NCBI GenBank assembly: GCA_050008715.1
Contig: JBEKMC010000005.1
Location: 2,473 to 66,472 of the forward strand
Origin: Acidimicrobiales bacterium
GTDB lineage: Bacteria > Actinomycetota > Acidimicrobiia > Acidimicrobiales > Bog-793
Direction of reading: 5' to 3'
Length of the DNA: 64,000 nucleotides
Shown here: positions 10,885 through 19,208 of the stretch, in pieces
How positions within the stretch are numbered: position 1 is the first letter of the stretch
How the letters are laid out: each line of letters starts with the position of its first letter
Translations under genes and position numbers: made by a program
Notes under the pieces: generated by a model
Seen by the model: only the letters and a program-made list of their open reading frames with translations
Database searches by the model: none
What the model was told of the DNA's origin: nothing

Positions 10885-11525
10885 CCGACTCCGATCCGAA
10901 CCCCGAGCTACGGGCGCCCGCGAAGCCCCCTTGGTACCGGCGGCGCGCCATTCTTTTGAGCCTCGGGGTCGCCATCGTGCTTGCCATCACGGTGATCACG
11001 GACCTGCCGACACACACCTCGATCGCCGCCCAGGTGTCGGAAGAGACGACGGTCCTCAACGAAGTCACGTCCGACGCGGCACCGTGCGTGGCCGCGGTGG
11101 GCGAGGCATTCGGCTTCTATGCCGACGTGACGAAGGGCTCCCTCACACCGTCCGAACAGGCGAGCCTGCCGGCGCTGCTCCGGGACGACCAGGCGTCGTG
11201 CTCGTTCACGAGCGAGTACGTCTACGACCTGTCAGGCATCGAAGTCCCTGGAACAGCCGCCGGCAGGGACGTGGGTGGCCTCGTGAGCACGATCACACTC
11301 TGGGTCACCTCCGATGCACTTGCCGCCATCGATGCCATCGACGAGCTGACGACCGACCCGACGAACGCGACGCAGGTGGCGGCGCTCGACAAGGCCGAAC
11401 GGCTGCTCGCCTCTGACCGGGCTTCGGTCAACGCGGAGCTTCACGCAGCCGATGGGGCGCTCGGAGGGGCCCACCTCCCCAGTCCAGGGCTGCCGGCCCT
11501 CCCGTCGCCTGCCGCCGACAGCTGA
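10881..11525 (+). CDS. Membrane-anchored helical hypothetical protein
   Basis: GTG overlapping the SCO stop (GTGA); one N-terminal TM; two Cys. Confidence 0.7.
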   Translation: MTDSDPNPELRAPAKPPWYRRRAILLSLGVAIVLAITVITDLPTHTSIAAQVSEETTVLNEVTSDAAPCVAAVGEAFGFYADVTKGSLTPSEQASLPALLRDDQASCSFTSEYVYDLSGIEVPGTAAGRDVGGLVSTITLWVTSDALAAIDAIDELTTDPTNATQVAALDKAERLLASDRASVNAELHAADGALGGAHLPSPGLPALPSPAADS

Positions 11526-11574
11526 GCCACCCGCACGGGCCGACTTCGCTCGTTGCGGGATCCGCGCTGCACGC

Positions 11575-12474
11575 TCAGCCGGCGTGCCCGCTTCCGGGCC
11601 GGGCGACGTCGCCGATCGAGATGGCGGGACCGAAGCTACGGCGCCGGTTCTCACGCACGAGGCGGTGCAGGCCCTGGTCCGGATCCTCGTCAGCCCTGAG
11701 CCAGGCCACAAGGTTCCAGAACACGACCGGCACGTACGCAGACGCCGCCGCGAACCACAGCACGAACGTCACGATCTCCTGGTCTGCGGCAAAGCTCAGG
11801 GAGCTGCCGGCGAGCGCATGGTGATAGCTCACGTACATCGAAGCGTGAGACAGGCCGACGAGGTAGGCCGTAATCCAGATGGTCCACATGGCGACGGCAG
11901 CGAGGGCGATGCGCTTCGGGCGAGCGAGCCGCGGGACGAGCGGAGGTGACTCCACCAGCTCGAGCCACAACGCCGCTCCACCCGCGATGAGACAGACGGC
12001 CTCGACGAGCACGAGCCAGGGGTGTCGTACAAGCGCGTTGACCACCGCCGGGGTTCTCGCGGCGGTGACGAGGGCCATCTCGACGAGGAGCACAGTCACG
12101 GCTCGGGCGAAGCCAAGATGGCGGTGGCGTGCTGTCGCCAGGCGGTCGATCAGCCGCGCTGAAGCAGTGGTGCCGGCAGACGGCTCGAATGACCCGGCGC
12201 CGGACCCTCCGTTGGAGAGCCGGAGGAATCGCCACGGTGCCCCGAGCACGAGGAGGGCGGGGACGACGATGGCGAGGACGGAGAACCGGAGCGCCTCGAA
12301 ATACTCATAGCGCCGCGCTTCGGTCGCAAACGGTGGCACGAGGACGACCAGCACCAGCACCGCCGCCGCGCAGGCCAGCGATGGTCGCACCCAAGGAGGA
12401 GGCACCACCGGCCGCTCTTCGGCGGCCACGCCGCTCAATGGGAGGGTCGGCGCTGGAAGAACAGCCAGATGCAC
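11575..12474 (-). CDS. ctaG: Caa3-type CtaG cytochrome oxidase assembly factor (divergent)
   Basis: PALLVLGAPW and ADQEI..VLW motifs; multi-TM; in cox operon; start uncertain. Confidence 0.7.
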   Translation of the reverse strand: MHLAVLPAPTLPLSGVAAEERPVVPPPWVRPSLACAAAVLVLVVLVPPFATEARRYEYFEALRFSVLAIVVPALLVLGAPWRFLRLSNGGSGAGSFEPSAGTTASARLIDRLATARHRHLGFARAVTVLLVEMALVTAARTPAVVNALVRHPWLVLVEAVCLIAGGAALWLELVESPPLVPRLARPKRIALAAVAMWTIWITAYLVGLSHASMYVSYHHALAGSSLSFAADQEIVTFVLWFAAASAYVPVVFWNLVAWLRADEDPDQGLHRLVRENRRRSFGPAISIGDVARPGSGHAG

Positions 12475-12551
12475 ACGGCGAAGAGCGTCCCGACGGGTAT
12501 GGCGAATGTCATCGCCTGGGCAGCGACAATCGAGCCGGTCGCGATGATCAT
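12435..12551 (-). CDS. 38-aa single-TM protein, probable small oxidase subunit
   Basis: GGAGGAG RBS then MIIATGSIVAAQAMTFAIPVGTLFAVCIWLFFQRRPSH, directly after subunit III. Confidence 0.6.
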   Translation of the reverse strand: MIIATGSIVAAQAMTFAIPVGTLFAVCIWLFFQRRPSH

Positions 12552-12589
12552 CTCCTCCACCTTTCGTCCCACGACTGCTGAGCCGCGGC

Positions 12590-13270
12590 TCAGATCACAT
12601 AAAACAGTACCCAAAACGCCAGCGACATCAAGGCCATGAATCCCCAGAAGTAGGCGCATCCTTCGAGGTTTGCCCGGAACAGCCGGGCCACCGGCTGCGT
12701 CGAGCGAGCTGGGCCGCCGTCCTGTGCAACGGCACGACGCAACCGCATCGCGCGGGCGAGCAACGTCTCCAACCAATACGTCCCGCACAGGAGCATGGCG
12801 ACGTTCAGAACGGCCCAACCGATGAAGCACGACGCGTAACCGCTCGAACCGGGGTAGAAGGGAAGATTCGTGAGCTGCCAGATCTGGAGCCCCACGGCGA
12901 CGAGCCCGCCGGCGACGGCCGTCCACCCGGCTACCTCCCAGTCCAGCGAGGGGCCTCGGCGCAGGCGGAAGATGCCGTAGGCGTTCAAGCCGGCGGCCAC
13001 GACGGCGATCACGAAGATGGCCGTGCCGGCCCCGATCGGAGCGGTGACGCCGCCCGGTCGCCATAGTTGATCGCTGTCCACCGACCGGAGGTAGAAGTAC
13101 GCGAAGGCCAGGGACGCGAAGGTGAAGACACCGATTCCGATCAGAAGTCGTCCACCGGTCCAGATCGCGCCCTCAGCCGATCGAAGCTCGTACTCGACCT
13201 CTTCGGCTGACTGTTGCAGCAGGTCGACTCGGGCATTGGGCCGACCAGCCGGCATCACATCGTCACTCAT
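12590..13270 (-). CDS. Heme-copper oxidase subunit III (short form)
   Basis: FASLAFAYFYLR, GYASCF motifs; ATGA overlap with subunit I. Confidence 0.8.
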   Translation of the reverse strand: MSDDVMPAGRPNARVDLLQQSAEEVEYELRSAEGAIWTGGRLLIGIGVFTFASLAFAYFYLRSVDSDQLWRPGGVTAPIGAGTAIFVIAVVAAGLNAYGIFRLRRGPSLDWEVAGWTAVAGGLVAVGLQIWQLTNLPFYPGSSGYASCFIGWAVLNVAMLLCGTYWLETLLARAMRLRRAVAQDGGPARSTQPVARLFRANLEGCAYFWGFMALMSLAFWVLFYVI

Positions 13271-15243
13271 GCGGGCAGTCCCCCTGGGTCAGGATCAGCG
13301 GCTCTTGCGATGGTCTCAGCCGAGGGCACGCTCGCCCCGACGGTCTCGATCGATCCGGACCCGAGGTCGGCTACAGGCGGAGCGCCAGGCTCGCTGTAGT
13401 GATACGGGTCGGCGAGGACGACCGGGATGCGGTCGAAGTTGTGGGGAGGCACGGGGGTGGCCGTCTGCCACTCGAGGCCGAGCGAGTCCCAGGGGTTCGC
13501 CGACGCCAGCTTCGGGTCGATGAAGATCGACCAGACGAAGTTGGCGATGAAGATGAGGAACGAGGCCCCGAGCAGGAAGGCGCCGACGGACGAGATGTCG
13601 TTGAGCGTCTGCAGGTTGGAGGCGTACTCGAAGACCCGGCGAGGCTGGCCGAGCAGGCCGACGAGGAAGAGCGGGAAGAACGTCACGTTGAAGAAGACGA
13701 ACATCGTCCAGAAGTGCCACTGGCCGAGCTTCTTGCTGAGCGTCTTCCCGGTCATCTTCGGCAACCAGAAGTAGAGGCCGCCGAAGAAGGCGAACACGAG
13801 GCCGCCCATGATCGTGTAATGGAAGTGCGCCATCACGAAGAAGCTCCCGTGCACGGTGACGTCGACGGGCACGTCGGAGAGGAACACGCCCGTCACACCG
13901 CCGATGAGGAAGTTGAAGTACATCCCCATGGCGAACAACATCGGCACCTCGAACCGTATCTTTGCTTTCCACAAGGTCCCCAGGCCCACGAGGAAGATGA
14001 ATCCCGTCGGTATCGAGATCAGCTCAGTCGTCAGCATGAAGAGTGGGCGCATGTCCGGGTTGATGCCGCTCTGGAACAGGTGGTGCTGCCACACGAAGAA
14101 GGACAGCAAGGCGACGCCGATCATGCCGGCGGCGGCGACGCGGTAGGCGAACAAGGGTTTGCGCGTGAACACCGGGAGGATCTCACCGACGATGCCGAAG
14201 CCCGGCAACGCCATGATGTAGACCTCCGGATGGCCGAAGAACCAGAACAGGTTCTGCCAGAGGAACGAGCTGCCACCGTGCTCGTTCACGTAGAACGCCG
14301 TCTGTACCGTCCGGTCGAGAATGCCGAGCAGGCCCGCCACGACAAGGGTCGGAGTTGCGAGCACGAGCAAGGCCGCGGTGGCGAGCACGGACCACACGAA
14401 GATCGGGATGCGTCCCCACGTCATGCCTGGCGCGCGGTAGTTGATGATCGTCGCGGCCAAGTTGAAGCCGGCGGTGATCATCCCGAGCCCGATCACCGCG
14501 AATCCGACGAGGTAGGAGTCCATCCCCAGCCCGGCCTGGGTCTGCAGCGAGGCGTAGCCGGTCCATCCGGTCGGGAACCCGCCCAAGGGGAGGGCGGAGA
14601 GGATGACGAGGTAGCCGGCGGCGAAGGTCCAGAGCGAGAAGGCCTCGACGCGGGGGAAGGCCATCTTCCGGGAGCCGATCATCAGCGGTATCAGCCAGTT
14701 GCCGAGCGGCCCGATGACGATGGACGACGCCATCATCATCATGATCGTCCCGTGCTCGCCGACCGTCGAGATGTACTGCCCCGGCCCGAAGACGTGGCTC
14801 GTGGGGCTCAACAGCTCGGTGCGGATACCCATGGCGAGGATGCCGCCCGTGAAGAAGAACAGCAGCACCACGATCGTGTACTGCAGTCCGACGACCTTGT
14901 GGTCGAGCGTCGGGCGGAAGTAACGGGTCCAGCTGTGTGACGGGAGCTGAGGCAACGGCTCACGCCCGATCAGCTTGGCTGCCGGGTAGTTGAACATGCC
15001 GGCACCGGCGAGCCACCCGACAACGCCGATCGACAGGCCGAGCACGATCGCCACGTTGTTCTGACCGTTGTCCTGCACAACTGTCTGGTTGGCGGCGATG
15101 ATGTTGCCGAAGAGATGGCCGAGGGCATAACCACCGACCGCTCCTGCGAGCGCCCACACGGCGTTCGGGCTGAAGAACCCGGCCGTCGGTCGTAGGCGCT
15201 CCTCAGGCGGCGAGTCGATGATCGCTTGCGTATCTACGCTCAT
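13267..15243 (-). CDS. ctaD: Heme-copper (cytochrome c) oxidase subunit I with N-terminal TM extension
   Basis: DHKVVG, EHGTIM, GWTGY, WFFGHPEVY, WQHH, AHFHY, GQPRR motifs. Confidence 0.96.
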   Translation of the reverse strand: MSVDTQAIIDSPPEERLRPTAGFFSPNAVWALAGAVGGYALGHLFGNIIAANQTVVQDNGQNNVAIVLGLSIGVVGWLAGAGMFNYPAAKLIGREPLPQLPSHSWTRYFRPTLDHKVVGLQYTIVVLLFFFTGGILAMGIRTELLSPTSHVFGPGQYISTVGEHGTIMMMMASSIVIGPLGNWLIPLMIGSRKMAFPRVEAFSLWTFAAGYLVILSALPLGGFPTGWTGYASLQTQAGLGMDSYLVGFAVIGLGMITAGFNLAATIINYRAPGMTWGRIPIFVWSVLATAALLVLATPTLVVAGLLGILDRTVQTAFYVNEHGGSSFLWQNLFWFFGHPEVYIMALPGFGIVGEILPVFTRKPLFAYRVAAAGMIGVALLSFFVWQHHLFQSGINPDMRPLFMLTTELISIPTGFIFLVGLGTLWKAKIRFEVPMLFAMGMYFNFLIGGVTGVFLSDVPVDVTVHGSFFVMAHFHYTIMGGLVFAFFGGLYFWLPKMTGKTLSKKLGQWHFWTMFVFFNVTFFPLFLVGLLGQPRRVFEYASNLQTLNDISSVGAFLLGASFLIFIANFVWSIFIDPKLASANPWDSLGLEWQTATPVPPHNFDRIPVVLADPYHYSEPGAPPVADLGSGSIETVGASVPSAETIARAADPDPGGLPA

Positions 15244-15279
15244 GAAGTTGTACCCAATCGTCCGGCGTGATGAGGGAAC

Positions 15280-16230
15280 TTAAGAGTTCGGCTTGGTTGC
15301 GCCGTATGTCTCGACGCTGCTGTACGGGTCCTTCGTGTCGGGGTAGAACCCACCGTCGGAACCGTTGGCGTCCGGCGTGTAGGTGTAGGCGAACGCCGGC
15401 AGCGTGGCGGTCAAGGGAGCCAACTGCGTCTCGGTCGTCTTCGCCCATTGCTCGAAGGCCGATTTGCTCACGACCTTCCCATAGTCGTACATCGCCCCGT
15501 GCCACAGCCCGCACAGCTCGTCACACCGAACGGTGAAGACGCCGAGCTGCTTGGTCGTCGTGAAGGCGACGTTGTCCGATCCCGGGTTGGCGTCGGCCTT
15601 GACACCGATCTGGTAGGCCCAGAAGTCGTGGATCACGTCGAGCGACGTCACGTGGAATTCGATCGTGGTGTCGTCGGGCAACATCAGGTTCGGCGTCTCG
15701 AAATTGCCGAACGTGGGGTACCGGTAGGTGAAACGCCACTGCTGGGCGATCACCTGCACCGGCAGGATCGTCGCCGACGACGGCGTCCAGAGAGGCGACG
15801 GCCCCTGCCCTCCGCCGGATCCGGTCGTGACCGCAAGCTCGACAGTACCGAAGACGAAGAGCGACAGGACGACGACGGTGGTGGTTGCGATCCAGATGAT
15901 CTGGACACGCAAGTTGCCTCGAGCCGCCGGCCCACCGACCGGCTCGGGCACTCCGGGCCTCGTCGAGCGCCACATGACGATCGCGTAGAGCATGTAGACC
16001 CAGACACCGATAAGGACGGGCAGGGCGATGAGCAACAGGACCGTGAAGTCGACGGAGTCCGAGGTGGCCGTGTCCGACATGCGGCCCGGCGGGACATGCG
16101 GACCGACCAGGAAGGCGAACAGCACGTCCGCCACGACGGACAACACGATCCAGATCGTGAGGATCCGCCGGAAGTGGTGTGGCTCGGCCGATCCCTCCGG
16201 GGCAGCCACGCTGTCCGCGACGGCGCTCAT
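15280..16230 (-). CDS. ctaC: Cytochrome c oxidase subunit II (CuA)
   Basis: QQWRFTYRY; DVIHDFW and CDELCGLWHGAM CuA ligands; ATG 16230 overlaps upstream stop. Confidence 0.93.
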   Translation of the reverse strand: MSAVADSVAAPEGSAEPHHFRRILTIWIVLSVVADVLFAFLVGPHVPPGRMSDTATSDSVDFTVLLLIALPVLIGVWVYMLYAIVMWRSTRPGVPEPVGGPAARGNLRVQIIWIATTTVVVLSLFVFGTVELAVTTGSGGGQGPSPLWTPSSATILPVQVIAQQWRFTYRYPTFGNFETPNLMLPDDTTIEFHVTSLDVIHDFWAYQIGVKADANPGSDNVAFTTTKQLGVFTVRCDELCGLWHGAMYDYGKVVSKSAFEQWAKTTETQLAPLTATLPAFAYTYTPDANGSDGGFYPDTKDPYSSVETYGATKPNS

Positions 16231-16907
16231 GACACCACCTTGAGGAAGCCGTCCATGTATCCGACCGACTGCATCGGGCCTCCGTTGCCGTAGAGGTACC
16301 CGAGCCCGCAGGGCACGAAGCACTGCCAGGGATACTCGCCGGGTCCGGGAGTGACGAACGAGAACGTGATGACGTTGTGGGCCAGGTTGGTGGTGCAAGG
16401 CGCCGAGTTGCAGAAGTTCGACGCACTGCCGTTGACGCCGGACAACGGGACGTTGATCCCGAGCGTCGGGATCGTGAAGGTGTGGGCGACACCGTTGCCG
16501 TTGTTGGAGTTGATCAACGAAGTCGACTTGCCGTTCAGCGACATCACACCTCCGCTGGTGCCCTGTACCAACCCCATCAGCTGGTTACGGAGCGGACTGC
16601 CCGAGTCGTACTCGTCGATCGTGACGTTGATCGTCGTGTTGGCGGGCAGGTCCCACAGCGTCGTGTGCACCCACTGGCCGCTCGCCGGATCCTTGGTCAG
16701 GTAGGAGACCCACGTCGGGTGGGCGCCGAACCCGATGGCCCCGACGGTCTGCAGCGTCATGTCGACCGGCTGGCCGGCCTGGTGACCGGAGGTGAAGTCG
16801 ATCGTGGGCGGTGACGAGCGCAGGAAGGCCGCTGCCAGAAACACGATGAGCGCGACGCCGATGCCCACGATCACGGCTGCGATCCCCAGCCTTCCCGAAC
16901 GAGACAA
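16227..16907 (-). CDS. Membrane-anchored cupredoxin-fold protein with atypical Cu ligand set
   Basis: N-terminal TM; AHTFTIP..GEYPWQCFVPCG..GPM..GYMDGFLKV C-terminal cupredoxin pattern. Confidence 0.75.
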   Translation of the reverse strand: MSRSGRLGIAAVIVGIGVALIVFLAAAFLRSSPPTIDFTSGHQAGQPVDMTLQTVGAIGFGAHPTWVSYLTKDPASGQWVHTTLWDLPANTTINVTIDEYDSGSPLRNQLMGLVQGTSGGVMSLNGKSTSLINSNNGNGVAHTFTIPTLGINVPLSGVNGSASNFCNSAPCTTNLAHNVITFSFVTPGPGEYPWQCFVPCGLGYLYGNGGPMQSVGYMDGFLKVVS

Positions 16908-17037
16908 CGCGCCCTCCCCCTCTCGCCGGGATCGCGCGGCCCGCCGTCCGGCCGACCCTCGGGAGGATCTACCGCACCGACGACCTGAGCTGCCCCCCGG
17001 TCGCTTCCAGCTCCGTCACCATGACTTCGCCGAGGTC

Positions 17038-17066
17038 ACCCTATTGGCCTTTGACCAGCCGGTCAA
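17038..17066 (-). promoter_or_regulatory. SigA-type promoter of cupredoxin-cox operon with overlapping palindrome
   Basis: Minus strand TTGACC-N17-TAGGGT; TTGACC-AGCC-GGTCAA inverted repeat at 17051-17066. Confidence 0.7.
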
Positions 17067-17103
17067 TGCTATTTACCAAATCTTGGGCTACGGCACGAGG
17101 CGA

Positions 17104-18003
17104 TCACGCCGGAGGGCGGAAGTCCTCGAGCGGCATGGCGGTCCTGCCGCGCATGATTCGCTCGGCCAAGCTCGAGATGCCCCCGTCCTCGGCAACGGCT
17201 CGCCTGATGACGACGACGAGGGCAGGCACCGCCCAGAAGTCGCCGCACACCCACAAGATGGCCGCACCGATCTGCTGGTCGGCAAACGGGGCCATCGAGA
17301 CGCCCGCGACGTGGGCGTAGACGTTGTACCAGGAGCCCGTCGCAAAGATGCTGAGCGACATGGCCAGCACGAACATGATGACGTTCGTCGAGACGATCGC
17401 GCCGATCTGCCAGGCCGTCGAGGCCTTCACCTTGAACGGGAAGGACGGGATGATCTGCAGCCAGAAGAGCACACCGGTCACGAAGAAGCTGGAGTGCATC
17501 AGCCAGATGTGCACGCTCTGGTTCCGCTCCGCCAGGTCGAAGAGTGCCGGCACGTGCCAGACGACCATGGCGATGTTGAACAGCGCGAGTGCGGTCCACC
17601 GGTTCGAGAGAGCGCGTCCGGCCGCACGCAGGAAGCGGGCGTTGCGCCCGAGGAGCAACGCTCGCCCGACACGCCGGCGTGGGCCAACGGGCAGGGCGAA
17701 CAGGAACGGCAACCACGGGGCTCCTGCGACGACGAGGATCGGGGCGAAGAAGCCGATGAGGATGTGCTCGACCATGTGCACGAAGAAGTAGTCGCTCGCG
17801 TAGTAGTCGATCGGCGACACCACGGCGACGAGCAGGACGGCGAGGCCCGCGTAGAACTCGAGTGCCCGCTTCCTCCGCTGCCGGGTCCGTCGCGGATCCG
17901 ACCGCCGCTGCAGGTGGGCCAGCCCGATCTCGTGAACGATCACGATGACTGCGACGACGACGATGAACGGGTCGAAGCTCCAATGGTCGACGACGTAGCT
18001 CAT
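17104..18003 (-). CDS. ctaG: Caa3-type CtaG cytochrome oxidase assembly factor
   Basis: SPIDYYA..FFVHMVEHIL, WHVPALFD, MHSSF, DQQIGAAILW; ATGA coupling. Confidence 0.9.
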   Translation of the reverse strand: MSYVVDHWSFDPFIVVVAVIVIVHEIGLAHLQRRSDPRRTRQRRKRALEFYAGLAVLLVAVVSPIDYYASDYFFVHMVEHILIGFFAPILVVAGAPWLPFLFALPVGPRRRVGRALLLGRNARFLRAAGRALSNRWTALALFNIAMVVWHVPALFDLAERNQSVHIWLMHSSFFVTGVLFWLQIIPSFPFKVKASTAWQIGAIVSTNVIMFVLAMSLSIFATGSWYNVYAHVAGVSMAPFADQQIGAAILWVCGDFWAVPALVVVIRRAVAEDGGISSLAERIMRGRTAMPLEDFRPPA

Positions 18004-19208
18004 GAAGACGAGCCGAAGGGAACTGGGACCCTCATCGCCTGCAGTTTGCCCCAGGCGCCGGTGGCGGCGCTCCACCGCCAGTCGATGAAGGTCGAGGCGC
18101 CCGTCACCGCCAGGGCGTCGACGACGGCACCGGCTTCGATGGACACGGTCGTCGTTCCCGGCGGCAGGCCCGCCAGCGGCCGCCACTGCCCGTGCGGCAC
18201 GACGGTCTCGAGCTCGAGCGACCCGCCGGCCCTGCGGACCACGACGAACACCTCTCCGTCACCGGTGATGCCGGAGGACACAATGCCGGCGCCGGCGAAA
18301 TCGAGCGGCGGGGAAAGCGCCCACGACGCGCCCGAACGCCAAGCAGCGACCACGTCGGTCGCTGCTCCTCGTCCGACCCCAACCAAGGCGGCGGCGCCGG
18401 AGGTGCCGTGGCCGGCGCCCCAGAGGCGGAGCACACCGGCCGGTTGAAGAGCCAGGGATCCGGTGAGTCGGGGACCAACCAGCGCCCAGCCACCGGCCGT
18501 CGCCGCGAACACGCCGACCAGGCCAGGTTTGCTGCAGTCGGCCCCGACGAGCTCGGTACCGTCGCTGGAGAAGGCCACCGAGGTCAGGGAGCTGACTTGA
18601 CATGACGAAGCCCCGCTCGAGCTCTCGAGGGCGCTTTGCGCCACCAGATCCGTCCAGCTCAGGATGCTTCCAGAACTCTCGACGACCTCGGCACCTTGCC
18701 CAGAGTGCGCCCGCAGGACGGCCGCGAGCCCCCCACGGACCGAGCTGGCAAGGGCATCCGGACCTGCGGCCAGCGCGCCCGGCACGATCCCCTGTGCCCA
18801 CGTGCCCTTCGTCGTGTTGCGTTGTGCGAGCGGCGAGTAAGTGAGCAGGTTGGTTGGCTCGATACCCGCCGTGAGCAGGTCGCCGGCGGCCGCGATCGTC
18901 AGGCCGCCGTTGAGGGCGACACCCGGAGGCGTCACGAGCGACCAACGCGTGCTCGCCAGCGGTCGGAAGAACAGCTCCCAGAACGTGTTCGCCGGCTGCC
19001 CGAGGATCCCCATCGGGAGCACCGCCCAGGTGCCCGACGACGTCACGAGCGTGCTGTTGAACGGGATGCTTGTCGCCACGACGCCGGTCCTCGGCGACGC
19101 CGGCGGCGGAGCGGCCTTCGAGCACGATGCGAGCAGGGCGACGGTGACCAGGGCGAGCATCAGCGAGGCGACGGCCGGAGGAGTCGACCGCCGGGTCCTT
19201 CGCTTCAT
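18000..19208 (-). CDS. Hypothetical lipoprotein (beta-rich)
   Basis: Basic N-terminus plus LLASC lipobox; coupled to both neighbours by 4-nt overlaps. Confidence 0.75.
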   Translation of the reverse strand: MKRRTRRSTPPAVASLMLALVTVALLASCSKAAPPPASPRTGVVATSIPFNSTLVTSSGTWAVLPMGILGQPANTFWELFFRPLASTRWSLVTPPGVALNGGLTIAAAGDLLTAGIEPTNLLTYSPLAQRNTTKGTWAQGIVPGALAAGPDALASSVRGGLAAVLRAHSGQGAEVVESSGSILSWTDLVAQSALESSSGASSCQVSSLTSVAFSSDGTELVGADCSKPGLVGVFAATAGGWALVGPRLTGSLALQPAGVLRLWGAGHGTSGAAALVGVGRGAATDVVAAWRSGASWALSPPLDFAGAGIVSSGITGDGEVFVVVRRAGGSLELETVVPHGQWRPLAGLPPGTTTVSIEAGAVVDALAVTGASTFIDWRWSAATGAWGKLQAMRVPVPFGSSS

